NCBI GenBank assembly: GCA_002269645.1
Contig: NIVC01000692.1
Location: 62,001-126,000, forward strand
DNA from: Macrostomum lignano
Lineage: Eukaryota
Reading direction: 5' to 3'
DNA: 64,000 nt
Below are positions 31,654 through 43,964 of the stretch, in pieces. The translations under genes were made by a program, and so were the position numbers. The notes beneath the pieces were generated by a model, which saw only the letters and a list, made by a program, of their open reading frames with translations, was not told the origin of the DNA and searched no databases. Position 1 is the first letter of the stretch. Each line of letters opens with the position of its first letter.

Positions 31654-34600
31654 TTAGTTATTCTGATTCTGCTGGTTGTTCTCGAAGAACATAAAGTCCT
31701 GCAAATTGTAAAAAATAAGAGGACGCGAATATATTTTTTACCAACTAAGTAGTGGATACCGGGTTTTATTCACAAAGTTGCAACGCAGTTAAAATTTTTC
31801 GATTTTGCCATTGTACTTTTTAGTTAAACAAGAAAAAAAACTACGCGTACACCAACAGCTGGCTAGTGTTCCGCTTTCTACACCCGAGTTCAGATGCTAG
31901 TGGGAATGGGGCTCGGGCAGGCAGACAAGATCCCCTCCAACCCGGAAGCCGCACAGCGGGAGGGATTTGGCAACCAGGCCAGGGTGGCATTTTCTCTACC
32001 CTCTCGCCTGCCAACGCTTGCAAACCTTTCTTCTCTAAGCCATGCAATCTATTGATTGATTGCTGTTAAAGACCACTACGTTTTTAGTCTGTTGGGTGAT
32101 TTTTGGGCTGTATTGTGTGTGCTACAAACTTGTAGTTAGGCAGCGAAGCTGCATATTAGCCAGGTTAGCTAAGCTGTAGAGTAGCTAGGTAGATCAGCTG
32201 TAGAGTAGCTAGGGCAGTTAAGCAGCGTATTTAGGCAGCTAAGCTGCAGAGTAGCTAGGGCAGCTAAGCTGTAGTATTTGGGCAGCTAAGCTGTAGAGTA
32301 GCTAGGGCAGCTAAGCTGTAGTATTTAGGCAGCTAAGCTGTAGAGTAGCTAGGGCAGCTAAGATTTAGAGTAGCTAGGGCAGCTAAACTGTGGAGTAGCT
32401 AGGGTAGCTAAGATTTAGAGTAGCTAGGGCAGCTAAACTGTAGAGTAGCTAGGGCAGCTAAGATTTAGAGTAGCTAGGGCAGCTAAGATTTAGAGTAGCT
32501 AGGGCAGCTAAACTGTAGAGTAGCTAGGGCAGCTAAACTGCAGAGTAGCTAGGGTAGCTAAACTGTAGAGTAGCTAGGGCAGCTAAACTGTAGAGTAGCT
32601 AGGGTAGCTAAACTATAGAGTAGCTAGGGCAGCTAAACTGTAGAGTAGCTAGGGCAGCTAAACTATAGAGTAGCTAGGGCAGCTAAACTGTAGAGTAGCT
32701 AGGGTAGCTAAGATTTAGAGTAGCTAGGGCAGCTAAGATTTAGAGTAGCTAGGGCAGCTAAGATTTAGAGTAGCTAGGGCAGCTAAGATTTAGAGTAGCT
32801 AGGGCAGCTAAACTGTAGAGTAGCTAGGGCAGCTAAACTGCAGAGTAGCTAGGGCAGCTAAGATTTAGAGTAGCTAGGGCAGCTAAGATTTAGAGTAGCT
32901 AGGGCAGCTAAGATTTAGAGTAGCTAGGGTAGCTAAACTGTAGAGTAGCTAGGGCAGCTAAACTGTAGAGTAGCTAGGGTAGCTAAACTGTAGAGTAGCT
33001 AGGGCAGCTAAGATTTAGAGTAGCTAGGGCAGCTAAGATTTAGAGTAGCTAGGGCAGCTAAGATTTAGAGTAGCTAGGGCAGCTAAGATTTAGAGTAGCT
33101 AGGGCAGCTAAACTGTAGAGTAGCTAGGGCAGCTAAACTGCAGAGTAGCTAGGGCAGCTAAGATTTAGAGTAGCTAGGGCAGCTAAGATTTAGAGTAGCT
33201 AGGGCAGCTAAGATTTAGAGTAGCTAGGGCAGCTAAGATTTAGAGTAGCTAGGGCAGCTAAGATTTAGAGTAGCTAGGGTAGCTAAACTGTAGAGTAGCT
33301 AGGGCAGCTAAACTGTAGAGTAGCTAGGGCAGCTAAACTGTAGAGTAGCTAGGGCAGCTAAACTGTAGAGTAGCTAGGGCAGCTAAACTGTAGAGTAGCT
33401 AGGGCAGCTAAACTGTAGAGTAGCTAGGGCAGCTAAACTGTAGAGTAGCTAGGGCAGCTAAACTGTAGAGTAGCTAGGGCAGCTAAACTGTAGAGTAGCT
33501 AGGGCAGCTAAACTGTAGAGTAGCTAGGGCAGCTAAACTGTAGAGTAGCTAGGGCAGCTAAACTGTAGAGTAGCTAGGGCAGCTAAACTTTAGAGTAGCT
33601 AGGGCAGCTAAACTTTAGAGTAGCTAGGGCAGCTAAACTGTAGAGTAGCTAGGGCAGCTAAACTGTAGAGTAGCTAGGGCAGCTAAACTGTAGAGTAGCT
33701 AGGGCAGCTAAACTGTAGAGTAGCTAGGGCAGCTAAACTGTAGAGTAGCTAGGGCAGCTAAACTGTAGAGTAGCTAGGGCAGCTAAACTATAGAGTAGCT
33801 AGGGCAGCTAAACTGTAGAGTAGCTAGGGCAGCTAAACTGTAGAGTAGCTAGGGCAGCTAAACTTTAGAGTAGCTAGGGCAGCTAAGATTTAGAGTAGCT
33901 GGGATACCCATGCTGTAAGGCAGCTAAGCTTTTGGGTAGCTAGACTGCAGAGTGAATAGGCTGCATGGTAGTTAGGCTAATTTGCCTAGAGGAAATGGCA
34001 TGCTAATTCTGGACTAGATTAACTAACAATAAACTATGCTAGTTCCAGTATTGAAACACTGTAGAAGTAAAAGTAGTGGCCAATAGCAATGGCTAATCTG
34101 ATTAAATATTTATGCTATTATATGTAGCTCTATAAGCAATAGCAGCTAATGTGAGCAGTGGACGCTATTTTGGATAATGTCTACGAAGGCTTAGAAAACA
34201 CGCTGATCAATGCAGCCTGTTAAATATTTAATGCTAGCAAACAGTGCAAGTGCAACTCCATGGGCAAAATCCATTAGCGAGTATCTGATAGCCTGATGAT
34301 AGACAGGGCACTGCTCTCGACGACAGGTTTGAAGCTCAAGAAACATTTCATCAGTTTCGTTTACAGGTATTTCTACAAGCTAAATTTGGAAGCCTAAGCT
34401 GCCGTAATCCTAGTGAAATACCTGAGCTGCTCCTAATGGAATACTTGGACTGCTCCTAATGGAATACCAGGGCTGCTCCTAATGGAATACCTGGTCTGCT
34501 CCTAATGGAATACTTGGACTGCTCCTAATGGAATACCTGGTCTGCTCCAAATGGAATACCTGAGCTGCTCCTAATGGAATACTTGGACTGCTCCTAATGG

Positions 34601-37600
34601 AATACCAGGGCTGCTCCTAATGGAATACCTGGTCTGCTCCTAATGGAATACTTGGACTGCTCCTAATGGAATACCAGGGCTGCTCCTAATGGAATACCTG
34701 AGCTGCTCCTAATGGAATACTTGGACTGCTCCTAATGGAATACCTGGGCTGCTCCTAATGGAATACTTGGACTGCTCCTAATGGAATACCTGAGCTGCTC
34801 CTAATGGAATAACTGAGCTGCTCCTAATGGAATACCTGAGCTGCTCCTAATGGAATACCAGGGCTGCTCCTAATGGAATACCTGAGCTGCTCCTAATGGA
34901 ATACCAGGGCTGCTCCTAATGGAATACCTGGTCTGCTCCTAATGGAATACCAGGGCTGCTCCTAATGAAATACCTGGTTTGCTCCTAATGGAATACCAGG
35001 GCTGCTCCTAATGAAATACCTGGTTTGCTCCTAATGGAATACCAGGGCTGCTCCTAATGGAATACCTGGTTTGCTCCTAATGGAATAGAATAGTACTTAT
35101 GGTGCTCTAAGATTAAGAAGTGAACAATCTGACTTGCAAATAAAAAGCACTCACAATTAAAAACACGGCGCCAATCATGGTGGCCTTCATTCTCACGTCC
35201 AGATCCATTGGGACTGAAAGAAGCAAAATCAATGGCAAAACACTTCAAAGAAGGGGTAAAGTACAACTAGTATAAAACTAACTCTACACAGCCTGCAAGC
35301 GTTACTCACACGATACGCGAAGTTGTCAGCGTCCGTAAAGTATTCACGAATGAAGCCAGACCATTGCTTGCTAATTTTGCCAACCTCGTGGGCCATGTCC
35401 GCCGAGTACACCTGGAGGAAGAGCGGTTAGCAGCAGCAACCTTAAGCATTTTAGTCTGCTAAACCTAGCGGAAACACCGCGAGCTCCTAATTGACTTGTA
35501 TTAGACTCAAACAGTCAACGATCGAAACGAACGAGACAGAGTGAGAAGGAAAGGAAATAATAGAGGGGAAGGAGTGAGGCAATGAATGGGGGAAGGATTG
35601 AGGGAATTAATGGGGAAGGAGTGAGGGAATGAATGGGGAAGGAGTGAGGGAATGAATGGGGAAGGAGTGAGGGAATTAATGGGGAAGGAGTGAGGGAATG
35701 AATGGGGAAGGAGTGAGGGAATGAATGGGGAAGGAGTGAGGCAATGAATGGGGAAGGAGTGAGGCAATGAATGGGGAAGGAGTGAGGCAATGAATGGGGA
35801 AGGAGTGAGGCAATGAATGGGGAAGGAGTGAGGCAATGAATGGGGGAAGGAGTGAGGCAATGAATGGGGGAAGGAGTGAGGCAATGAATGGGGAAGGAGT
35901 GAGGGAATGAATGGGGAAGGAGTGAGGGAATTAATGGGGAAGGAGTGAGGCAATGAATGGGGAAGGAGTGAGGCAATGAATGGGGAAGGAGTGAGGCAAT
36001 GAATGGGGAAGGAGTGAGGCAATGAATGGGGAAGGAGTGAGGCAATGAATGGGGAAGGAGTGAGGCAATGAATGGGGAAGGAGTGAGGGAATGAATGGGG
36101 GAAGGAGTGAGGCAATGAATGGGGAAGGAGTGAGGGAATGAATGGGGAAGGAGTGAGGCAATGAATGGGGGAAGGAGTGAGGCAATGAATGGGGGAAGGA
36201 GTGAGGCAATGAATGGGGGAAGGAGTGAGGCAATGAATGGGGGAAGGAGTGAGGGAATTAATGGGGAAGGAGTGAGGCAATGAATGGGGAAGGAGTGAGG
36301 CAATGAATGGGGAAGGAGTGAGGGAATGAATGGGGAAGGAGTGAGGGAATGAATGGGGGAAGGAGTGAGGGAATGAATGGGGAAGGAGTGAGGGAATGAA
36401 TGGGGAAGGAGTGAGGGAATGAATGGGGAAGGAGTGAGGGAATCAATGGGCAAGGAGTGAGAGAATGAATGGGGGAAAGAGTGAGGGAATGGAATGAATG
36501 GAGGAAGGAAGGAGTGAGGGAATGAATGGGGAAGGAGTGAGGAATGAATGGAAGGAGTGAGGGAATGAATGGAGGAAGGAAGGAGTGAGGGAATGAATGG
36601 AGGAAGGAGTGAGGGAATGAATGGAAGGAGTGAGGGAATGAATGGAGGAAGGAAGGAGTGAGGGAATGAATGGGGAAGGAGTGAGAGAATGAATGGGGGA
36701 AGGAGTGAGAGAATGAATGGGGGAAGGAGTGAGAGAATAAATGGGGGAAGGAGTGAGGGAATGAATGGGAAAGGAGTGAGGGAATGAATGGGGAAGGAGT
36801 GAGGGAATGAATGGGGAAGGAGTGAGGGAATCAATGGGCAAGGAGTGAGAGAATGAATGGGGGAAGGAGTGAGGGAATGGAATGAATGGAGGAAGGAAGG
36901 AGTGAGGGAATGAATGGGGAGGAGTGAGGGAATGAATGGAAGGAGTGAGGGAATGAATGGAGGAAGGAAGGAGTGAGGGAATGAATGGAGGAAGGAGTGA
37001 GGGAATGAATGGAAGGAGTGAGGGAATGAATGGAGGAAGGAAGGAGTGAGGGAATGAATGGGGAAGGAGTGAGAGAATGAATGGGGGAAGGAGTGAGAGA
37101 ATGAATGGGGGAAGGAGTGAGAGAATAAATGGGGAAGGAGTGAGGGAATGAATGGGAAAGGAGTGAGGGAATGAATGGGGAAGGAGTGAGGAATGAATGG
37201 GGAAGGAGTGAGGGAATCAATGGGCAAGGAGTGAGAGAATGAATGGGGGAAGGAGTGAGGGAATGGAATGAATGGAGGAAGGAAGGAGTGAGGGAATGAA
37301 TGGGGAAGGAGTGAGGGAATGAATGGAAGGAGTGAGGGAATGAATGGAGGAAGGAAGGAGTGAGGGAATGAATGGAGGAAGGAGTGAGGGAATGAATGGA
37401 AGGAGTGAGGGAATGAATGGAGGAAGGAAGGAGTGAGGGAATGAATGGGGAAGGAGTGAGAGAATGAATGGGGGAAGGAGTGAGAGAATGAATGGGGGAA
37501 GGAGTGAGGGAATGAATGGGGAAGGAGTGAGGGAATGAATGGGGAAGGAGTGAGGCAATGAATGGGGGAAGGAGTGAGGCAATGAATGGGGGAAGGAGTG

Positions 37601-40600
37601 AGGCAATGAATGGGGAAGGAGTGAGGCAATGAATGGGGGAAGGAGTGAGGGAATTAATGGGGAAGGAGTGAGGCAATGAATGGGGGAAGGAGTGAGGCAA
37701 TGAATGGGGAAGGAGTGAGGGAATGAATGGGGGAAGGAGTGAGGCAATGAATGGGGGAAGGAGTGAGGCAATGAATGGGGGAAGGAGTGAGGGAATTAAT
37801 GGGGAAGGAGTGAGGCAATGAATGGGGAAGGAGTGAGGCAATGAATGGGGAAGGAGTGAGGGAATGAATGGGGAAGGAGTGAGGGAATGAATGGGGAAGG
37901 AGTGAGGGAATGAATGGGGAAGGAGTGAGGGAATGAATGGGGAAGGAGTGAGGGAATGAATGGGAAGGAGTGAGGGAATCAATGGGCAAGGAGTGAGAGA
38001 ATGAATGGGGGAAAGAGTGAGGGAATGGAATGAATGGAGGAAGGAAGGAGTGAGAGAATGAATGGGGAAGGAGTGAGGGAATGAATGGAAGGAGTGAGGG
38101 AATGAATGGAGGAAGGAAGGAGTGAGGCAATGAATGGGGGAAGGAGTGAGGCAATGAATGGGGAAGGAGTGAGGGAATTAATGGGGAAGGAGTGAGGCAA
38201 TGAATGGGGAAGGAGTGAGGCAATGAATGGGGAAGGAGTGAGGGAATGAATGGGGGAAGGAGTGAGGGAATGAATGGGGGAAGGAGTGAGGGAATGAATG
38301 GGGAAGGAGTGAGGGAATGAATGGGGAAGGAGTGAGGGAATGAATGGGGAAGGAGTGAGGGAATCAATGGGCAAGGAGTGAGAGAATGAATGGGGGAAGG
38401 AGTGAGGGAATGGAATGAATGGAGGAAGGAAGGAGTGAGGGAATGAATGGGGAAGGAGTGAGGGAATGAATGGAAGGAGTGAGGGAATGAATGGAGGAAG
38501 GAAGGAGTGAGGGAATGAATGGAGGAAGGAGTGAGGAATGAATGGAAGGAGTGAGGGAATGAATGGAGGAAGGAAGGAGTGAGGGAATGAATGGGGAAGG
38601 AGTGAGAGAATGAATGGGGGAAGGAGTGAGAGAATGAATGGGGGAAGGAGTGAGAGAATAAATGGGGGAAGGAGTGAGGGAATGAATGGGGGAAAGAGTG
38701 AGGGAATGAATGGAGATGAGAGGGATTAGGGAATGGAAGGGATAGGGTAAGGGACGCGTCAGGAAGTTAGGAAATATAAACGCCAAAAACTCTAAAATCA
38801 ACAAAAAACCACTGGCCCAACAAGAGTACAAACAGACCTTGAACTCCTGATCCCAGGTGCAGCAGGGTCCTTGGCAGATGCAGACGGGTCCCCTAATCAA
38901 CAGCACAACCTGCCTATCAGCGTTCTGTATCTCGTAGCGCGGCTCCAGACAGGAGCACTCCTGGCGCACGTAGCCAACAACGGTGCCGGGCGGGGCCTCG
39001 ATCTGCAGCTCGTGGGCGCAGGCGTCGGCCCCAGCCAGGCAGTAGCAGCCCGGGCAGGCGAGGCATTTGAATTCGCGAGTGACCCGGATCACCTCGGAGC
39101 CCAGGTTGTCCGTGATGTGCATTACAAAGCCGCGCTGCGGCCCACAGCATTGCCGGGCGCAAACGTCTGATTCTTCAGCAGCGAAGTACACCTGCGGCGA
39201 GGTTGGCAAAGAGAGGCGGGATGAACCGTTCCGTTATCTACTCTACCGGTTCTTCTTCATCTAATTTACCAGCACTCCTTTATGTACTCTATCCGCTCTC
39301 CTTTATGTACTCTATCCGCTCTCCTTTATGTACTCTATCCGCTCTCCTTTATATACTCTATCCGCTCTCCTTTATGTACTCTATCCGCTCTCCTTTATGT
39401 ACTCTATCCGCTCTCCTTTATATACTCTATCCGCTCTCCTTTATGTACTCTATCCGCTCTCCTTTATATACTCTATCCGCTCTCCTTTATGTACTCTATC
39501 CGCTCTCCTTTATGTACTCTATCCGCTCTCCTTTATATACTCTATCCGCTCTCCTTTATGTACTCTATCCGCTCTTCTTTATATACTCTATCCGCTCTCC
39601 TTTATATACTCTATCCGCTCTCCTTTATGTACTCTATCCGCTCTCCTTTATATACTCTATCCGCTCTCCTTTATGTACTCTATCCGCTCTCCTTTATATA
39701 CTCTATCCGCTCTCCTTTATGTACTCTATCCGCTCTCCTTTATATACTCTATCCGCTCTCCTTTATGTACTCTATCCGCTCTCCTTTATATACTCTATCC
39801 GCTCTCCTTTATGTACTCTATCCGCTCTCCTTTATGTACTCTATCCGCTCTCCTTTATATACTCTATCCGCTCTCCTTTATGTACTCTATCCGCTCTTCT
39901 TTATATACTCTATCCGCTCTCCTTTATATACTCTATCCGCTCTCCTTTATGTACTCTATCCGCTCTCCTTTATATACTCTATCCGCTCTCCTTTATGTAC
40001 TCTATCCGCTCTCCTTTATATACTCTATCCGCTCTCCTTTATGTACTCTATCCGCTCTCCTTTATATACTCTATCCGCTCTCCTTTATGTACTCTATCCG
40101 CTCTCCTTTATGTACTCTATCCGCTCTCCTTTATATACTCTATCCGCTCTCCTTTATGTACTCTATCCGCTCTCCTTTATGTACTCTATCCGCTCTCCTT
40201 TATGTACTCTATCCGCTCTCCTTTATGTACTCTATCCGCTCTCCTTTATATACTCTATCCGCTCTCCTTTATGTACTCTATCCGCTCTTCTTTATGTACT
40301 CTATCCGCTCTCCTTTATATACTCTATCCGCTCTCCTTTATGTACTCTATCCGCTCTCCTTTATGTACTCTATCCGCTCTCCTTTATATACTCTATCCGC
40401 TCTCCTTTATGTACTCTATCCGCTCTCCTTTATATACTCTATCCGCTCTCCTTTATGTACTCTATCCGCTCTCCTTTATGTACTCTATCCGCTCTCCTTT
40501 ATATACTCTATCCGCTCTCCTTTATGTACTCTATCCGCTCTCCTTTATGTACTCTATCCGCTCTCCTTTATATACTCTATCCGCTCTCCTTTATGTACTC

Positions 40601-41695
40601 TATCCGCTCTCCTTTATATACTCTATCCGCTCTCCTTTATGTACTCTATCTGCTCTCCTTTATATAGTCTATCTGCTCTCCTTTATATAGTCTCCTTTAC
40701 ACCGGTATACTCTTCTTATACAAGCTCTCCTCTATATACTTTACCTGCTAGCATTTATCTAATCCGATGATCATCTTTCATCTACCTCTCCGCCCTCATT
40801 TATCTCCCTCTGTAGTCCACCCTATCTGAGCCTGGTGTCAACACGCATGTCTAATTAATGGTCTCAGTCTCGGATCGATGCGATACAAAAAGCAAAGGCG
40901 CAGAGTTCCCGCGAATTCACCACAGTGGATATACCAATACGAGTTAAAAGTACAACTACAAAGCAAGGCAGCCGATACGCCATGTACCCAATACTGTGAG
41001 ATGCAGACAGCAACTGTGCATTGGAACCATGGTATGCATTGGGGAAAGAGGGAAGTGGCGGTCGGGAATAAGAAAGATGAAGCCTTGATTGCCTCTCTTC
41101 TGCCCCACTATCTTGATGGGTTGCAAAGTAAAATCCGTTACGCTATCGACTAGGGTGGGGCTAATGCAAAGATGGGACAATCAGGCCGTAACGATAAGGC
41201 GTTGCAGTCTGGTGCACAGCATTACACTACAAATATCAATTTGTTATATCGCAGTCGGACTAAATTTCAAGAACTCGAGCAAATAATTACCTGTTGGCCC
41301 ATGCTGTTTTTAACTTGATATTTATTCTTAGTCTCCCAATTGGTGAACACCTCCAATAATTCGATTTGTTGGTGCACCAGCAGCTGGTCAACCTGGGTCA
41401 GGTATTCCAGTCCGGGCGGACAGCCGGGTATTGGAGCCGGGCGGTTCATCCACACCACCTGGCCCGGAGCGGCGGCTGCGGGGGCGCCGCCTTGCTGCTG
41501 AGGCTGTCCGTAGCCCGGCTGGGGTTGTCCATAGCCCTGCTGAGGCTGGCCATAGCCCTGCTGAGGCTGGCCATAGCCCTGTTGAGGCTGTCCGTAGCCC
41601 GGCTGGGGTTGTCCATAGCCCTGCTGAGGCTGGCCATAGCCAGGCGCAAAACCAACAGGCGGCGGCTGCTGATACTGTTTGTTTGAATCGGCCAT
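31654..41695 (-). CDS. PLSCR: Phospholipid scramblase (PLSCR family), 5 coding exons, ~321 aa; apparent 1-nt deletion at ~35318
   Basis: Exons 41695-41291, 39191-38838, 35411-35310, 35213-35155, 31698-31654. Motifs [44 protein letters not shown], Cys-rich palmitoylation segment, [35 protein letters not shown]|DFMFFE. N-terminal (GYGQPQ[Q/P])x7. Exon 3 is one base short of phase. Confidence 0.88.
32150..33900. repeat. 25-bp minisatellite (gtagagtagctagggcagctaaact)n, ~68 copies, scramblase intron 4
   Basis: Direct reading; period 25; CpG-free and TAG-rich. Confidence 0.95.
34423..35085. repeat. 23-bp minisatellite (ctgctcctaatggaatacctgag)n, ~29 copies
   Basis: Direct reading. Confidence 0.95.
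35562..38715. repeat. 23-25-bp purine-rich minisatellite (gaaggagtgagggaatgaatggg[g])n, ~130 copies, scramblase intron 2
   Basis: Direct reading; source of the spurious P/H/S/F-rich ORFs. Confidence 0.96.
39275..40690. repeat. 23-bp minisatellite (ctctatccgctctcctttat[a/g]ta)n, ~61 copies, scramblase intron 1
   Basis: Direct reading. Confidence 0.96.
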
Positions 41696-43964
41696 TATCA
41701 GTTAAATAATAACGTCAAGTTAAGGACTGAAATTATAAATAGAAACGCATTTGTAGCAATGCAATGGAAGTTAAATGCATAATCGAATGAAAAGACGATT
41801 TTCAAAGTTCAAACAATAATTCCGCGATCCCATCAATGCACCGCTGTGCACAGAAGCGAACCTGGGTTACTTTGGTGTAAGAATCAGAAGAATTTACCAC
41901 TGAGGAACTCCGCCCCTTCAACTTGGGTGGAGTTGAACAAGCAATGCGCAACACTCTATCGAGAGCTAATCTTTTTTCTAGCGAAATTTTTATTCCAGCT
42001 ATGAACACTTTCTATTGCAGTAAAAGATACAAGTCGCGTGAGTCGCGTCTAACGACTAAGTACACAAACTAGAGCTGCGCTAATCTTTCTAGCATAGTCT
42101 CTCTAAAAATAGATTAGAAAAAAATTATTTGTTTGCATTTAATCAACTCACGTCACTTATCTAAGCAGCGCAAATTATTGTTGACAGTTTTCTATTTTTC
42201 TGAGGGCCTCGCCTCTACATTGATAAAGCAAAATTTGGACAGAAAAATATAAGACAATTTAAGATATTTTCTAGCTTAGACCTGTATAATACATGCAGTG
42301 ACTCAGTGCAAGAAGTCAAAAGTACTTTAACCTAAAATTAGAGAGCTGTGCAGAAAGGCAAGCTATGAACACAATTGGGCATGGGGCTTTTTAGATCTGA
42401 CTGCTTGAACTTATGCAGCAGAATAAGTGAATAAATGAATTGTGTTTTTAGGAATTAAAGGTTGCAATTCTTGTTGAGTTTGGTTTGAAATACAAAACCT
42501 ACTTTAATCCCATAAACCCCATCCACTTCAAACCCAACACCTACCTCAACTCCCACTTTAAATCATAATGAATGGCCCTTAAAAAAGAATTATTAGTGGC
42601 AACAACCAATGGGGTCATGACCTTCTCTCCTGCACTTCTTTGAAAATTTGATGTTTCTGTTAAGTATAAAATGAATACTATAAATGAATTCAATAGATTG
42701 TCAATTGTCAACTAGTGAAACTCATTCAGGTTGAGCAATTCTTGAATTGAGTCTATTGCATCTGCCCTGCACTGACTAAGTATATCCACATCCACCCAAT
42801 AGCAAAGACTTACCAGAAACAAATTTGTCTAGCTACATCATTCTGCCCCTATTCAAATTGCAAATTTTTGAAGAATATAATTGAATGTGCAAATAAAGAT
42901 TACTCCAAAAGCAAAATTTTAGAGTTTTACTACAACCAAAATTTTCCCATATCTATATCTATAGTCTGTATCCATAGCTAAATAAGCTATAGTAAATTTT
43001 CTATAACTTCCTATAACTTTCTTGCTATGGTTGAAATGCATCATTAGCCAGTGATAATTGGCAAGAATCACAGGTTCATAGAATCACAGGGGGTTGGGAC
43101 TTCTTGCTGCTAGCTATAACAGATGCAGTAATGTAGCTATGAATTCTATATATTAAAAATGAGTTGTCTCATTACTCAGTATTCTATAGACAATGCAGAA
43201 TTCAGCTAAAGTGCTCAATGCCTATCAATTTGATTGCCTTTTTTATTTTGCTTTTATCTTTCCCTCTCTTTCCCTTGTATATAGTCTAGATATGTGTATA
43301 GTCTAGACTCTAGACCTAGACATTTATATACTAATTTTGAACTATTTGTCTATCTATTTATCTGTCTATCTGACTTTCTATAATTGATTTTTTTAAGAAC
43401 TATTTGGCTGATTTTTTTAAATTAGTCTTAAAACATCTGGAATTCTTTGGCAATTAGTTCTATATTTTTTAATAAAAAATTCAAATTGGAAATGGGTCAA
43501 GTATTAAAAAAATATATATAAGCTAAGAGATTATATGACTTTGTTTGGGCTTGCAATTTGTGGTCTTGATTGAGTTTTATCATTTACCAATCAGATAAAC
43601 AATAGAAAAAAGAGAGAGGAGTTATAAAGCTGGCTTGAAATTTAATTAGTAGACAAAACAAGGCTTTGTCAACCTAATAAATTGCTTTGATCTTTTTGGG
43701 GCAATAATGTTAATGGGCCCAATTAATTCAGATTTGTTTGGCAAACTAATATAAAAAATTCAAATTAGAAATTGGTGAAATATTTGAAAAACAATGTTTT
43801 TTCATACTTTCAATAGGCACTCCATTTGAATTTTAAATTTGAATGCCCACCAAAGGCTTAGAGTGCTATTATCATAAAATATAATTATATATAATTATAA
43901 TTATATATATAAGACATAAATGAGGATAAGGACTCCAGAAGCTTTTAAAAGCTAATTCATAGTC

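Noticed and set aside
35507-40770. Long ORFs (P/H/S/F-rich, YSIRSPL-rich, up to 704 aa)
   Set aside because: They are translations of 23-25-bp intronic minisatellites, open in several frames or strands with no unique domain.
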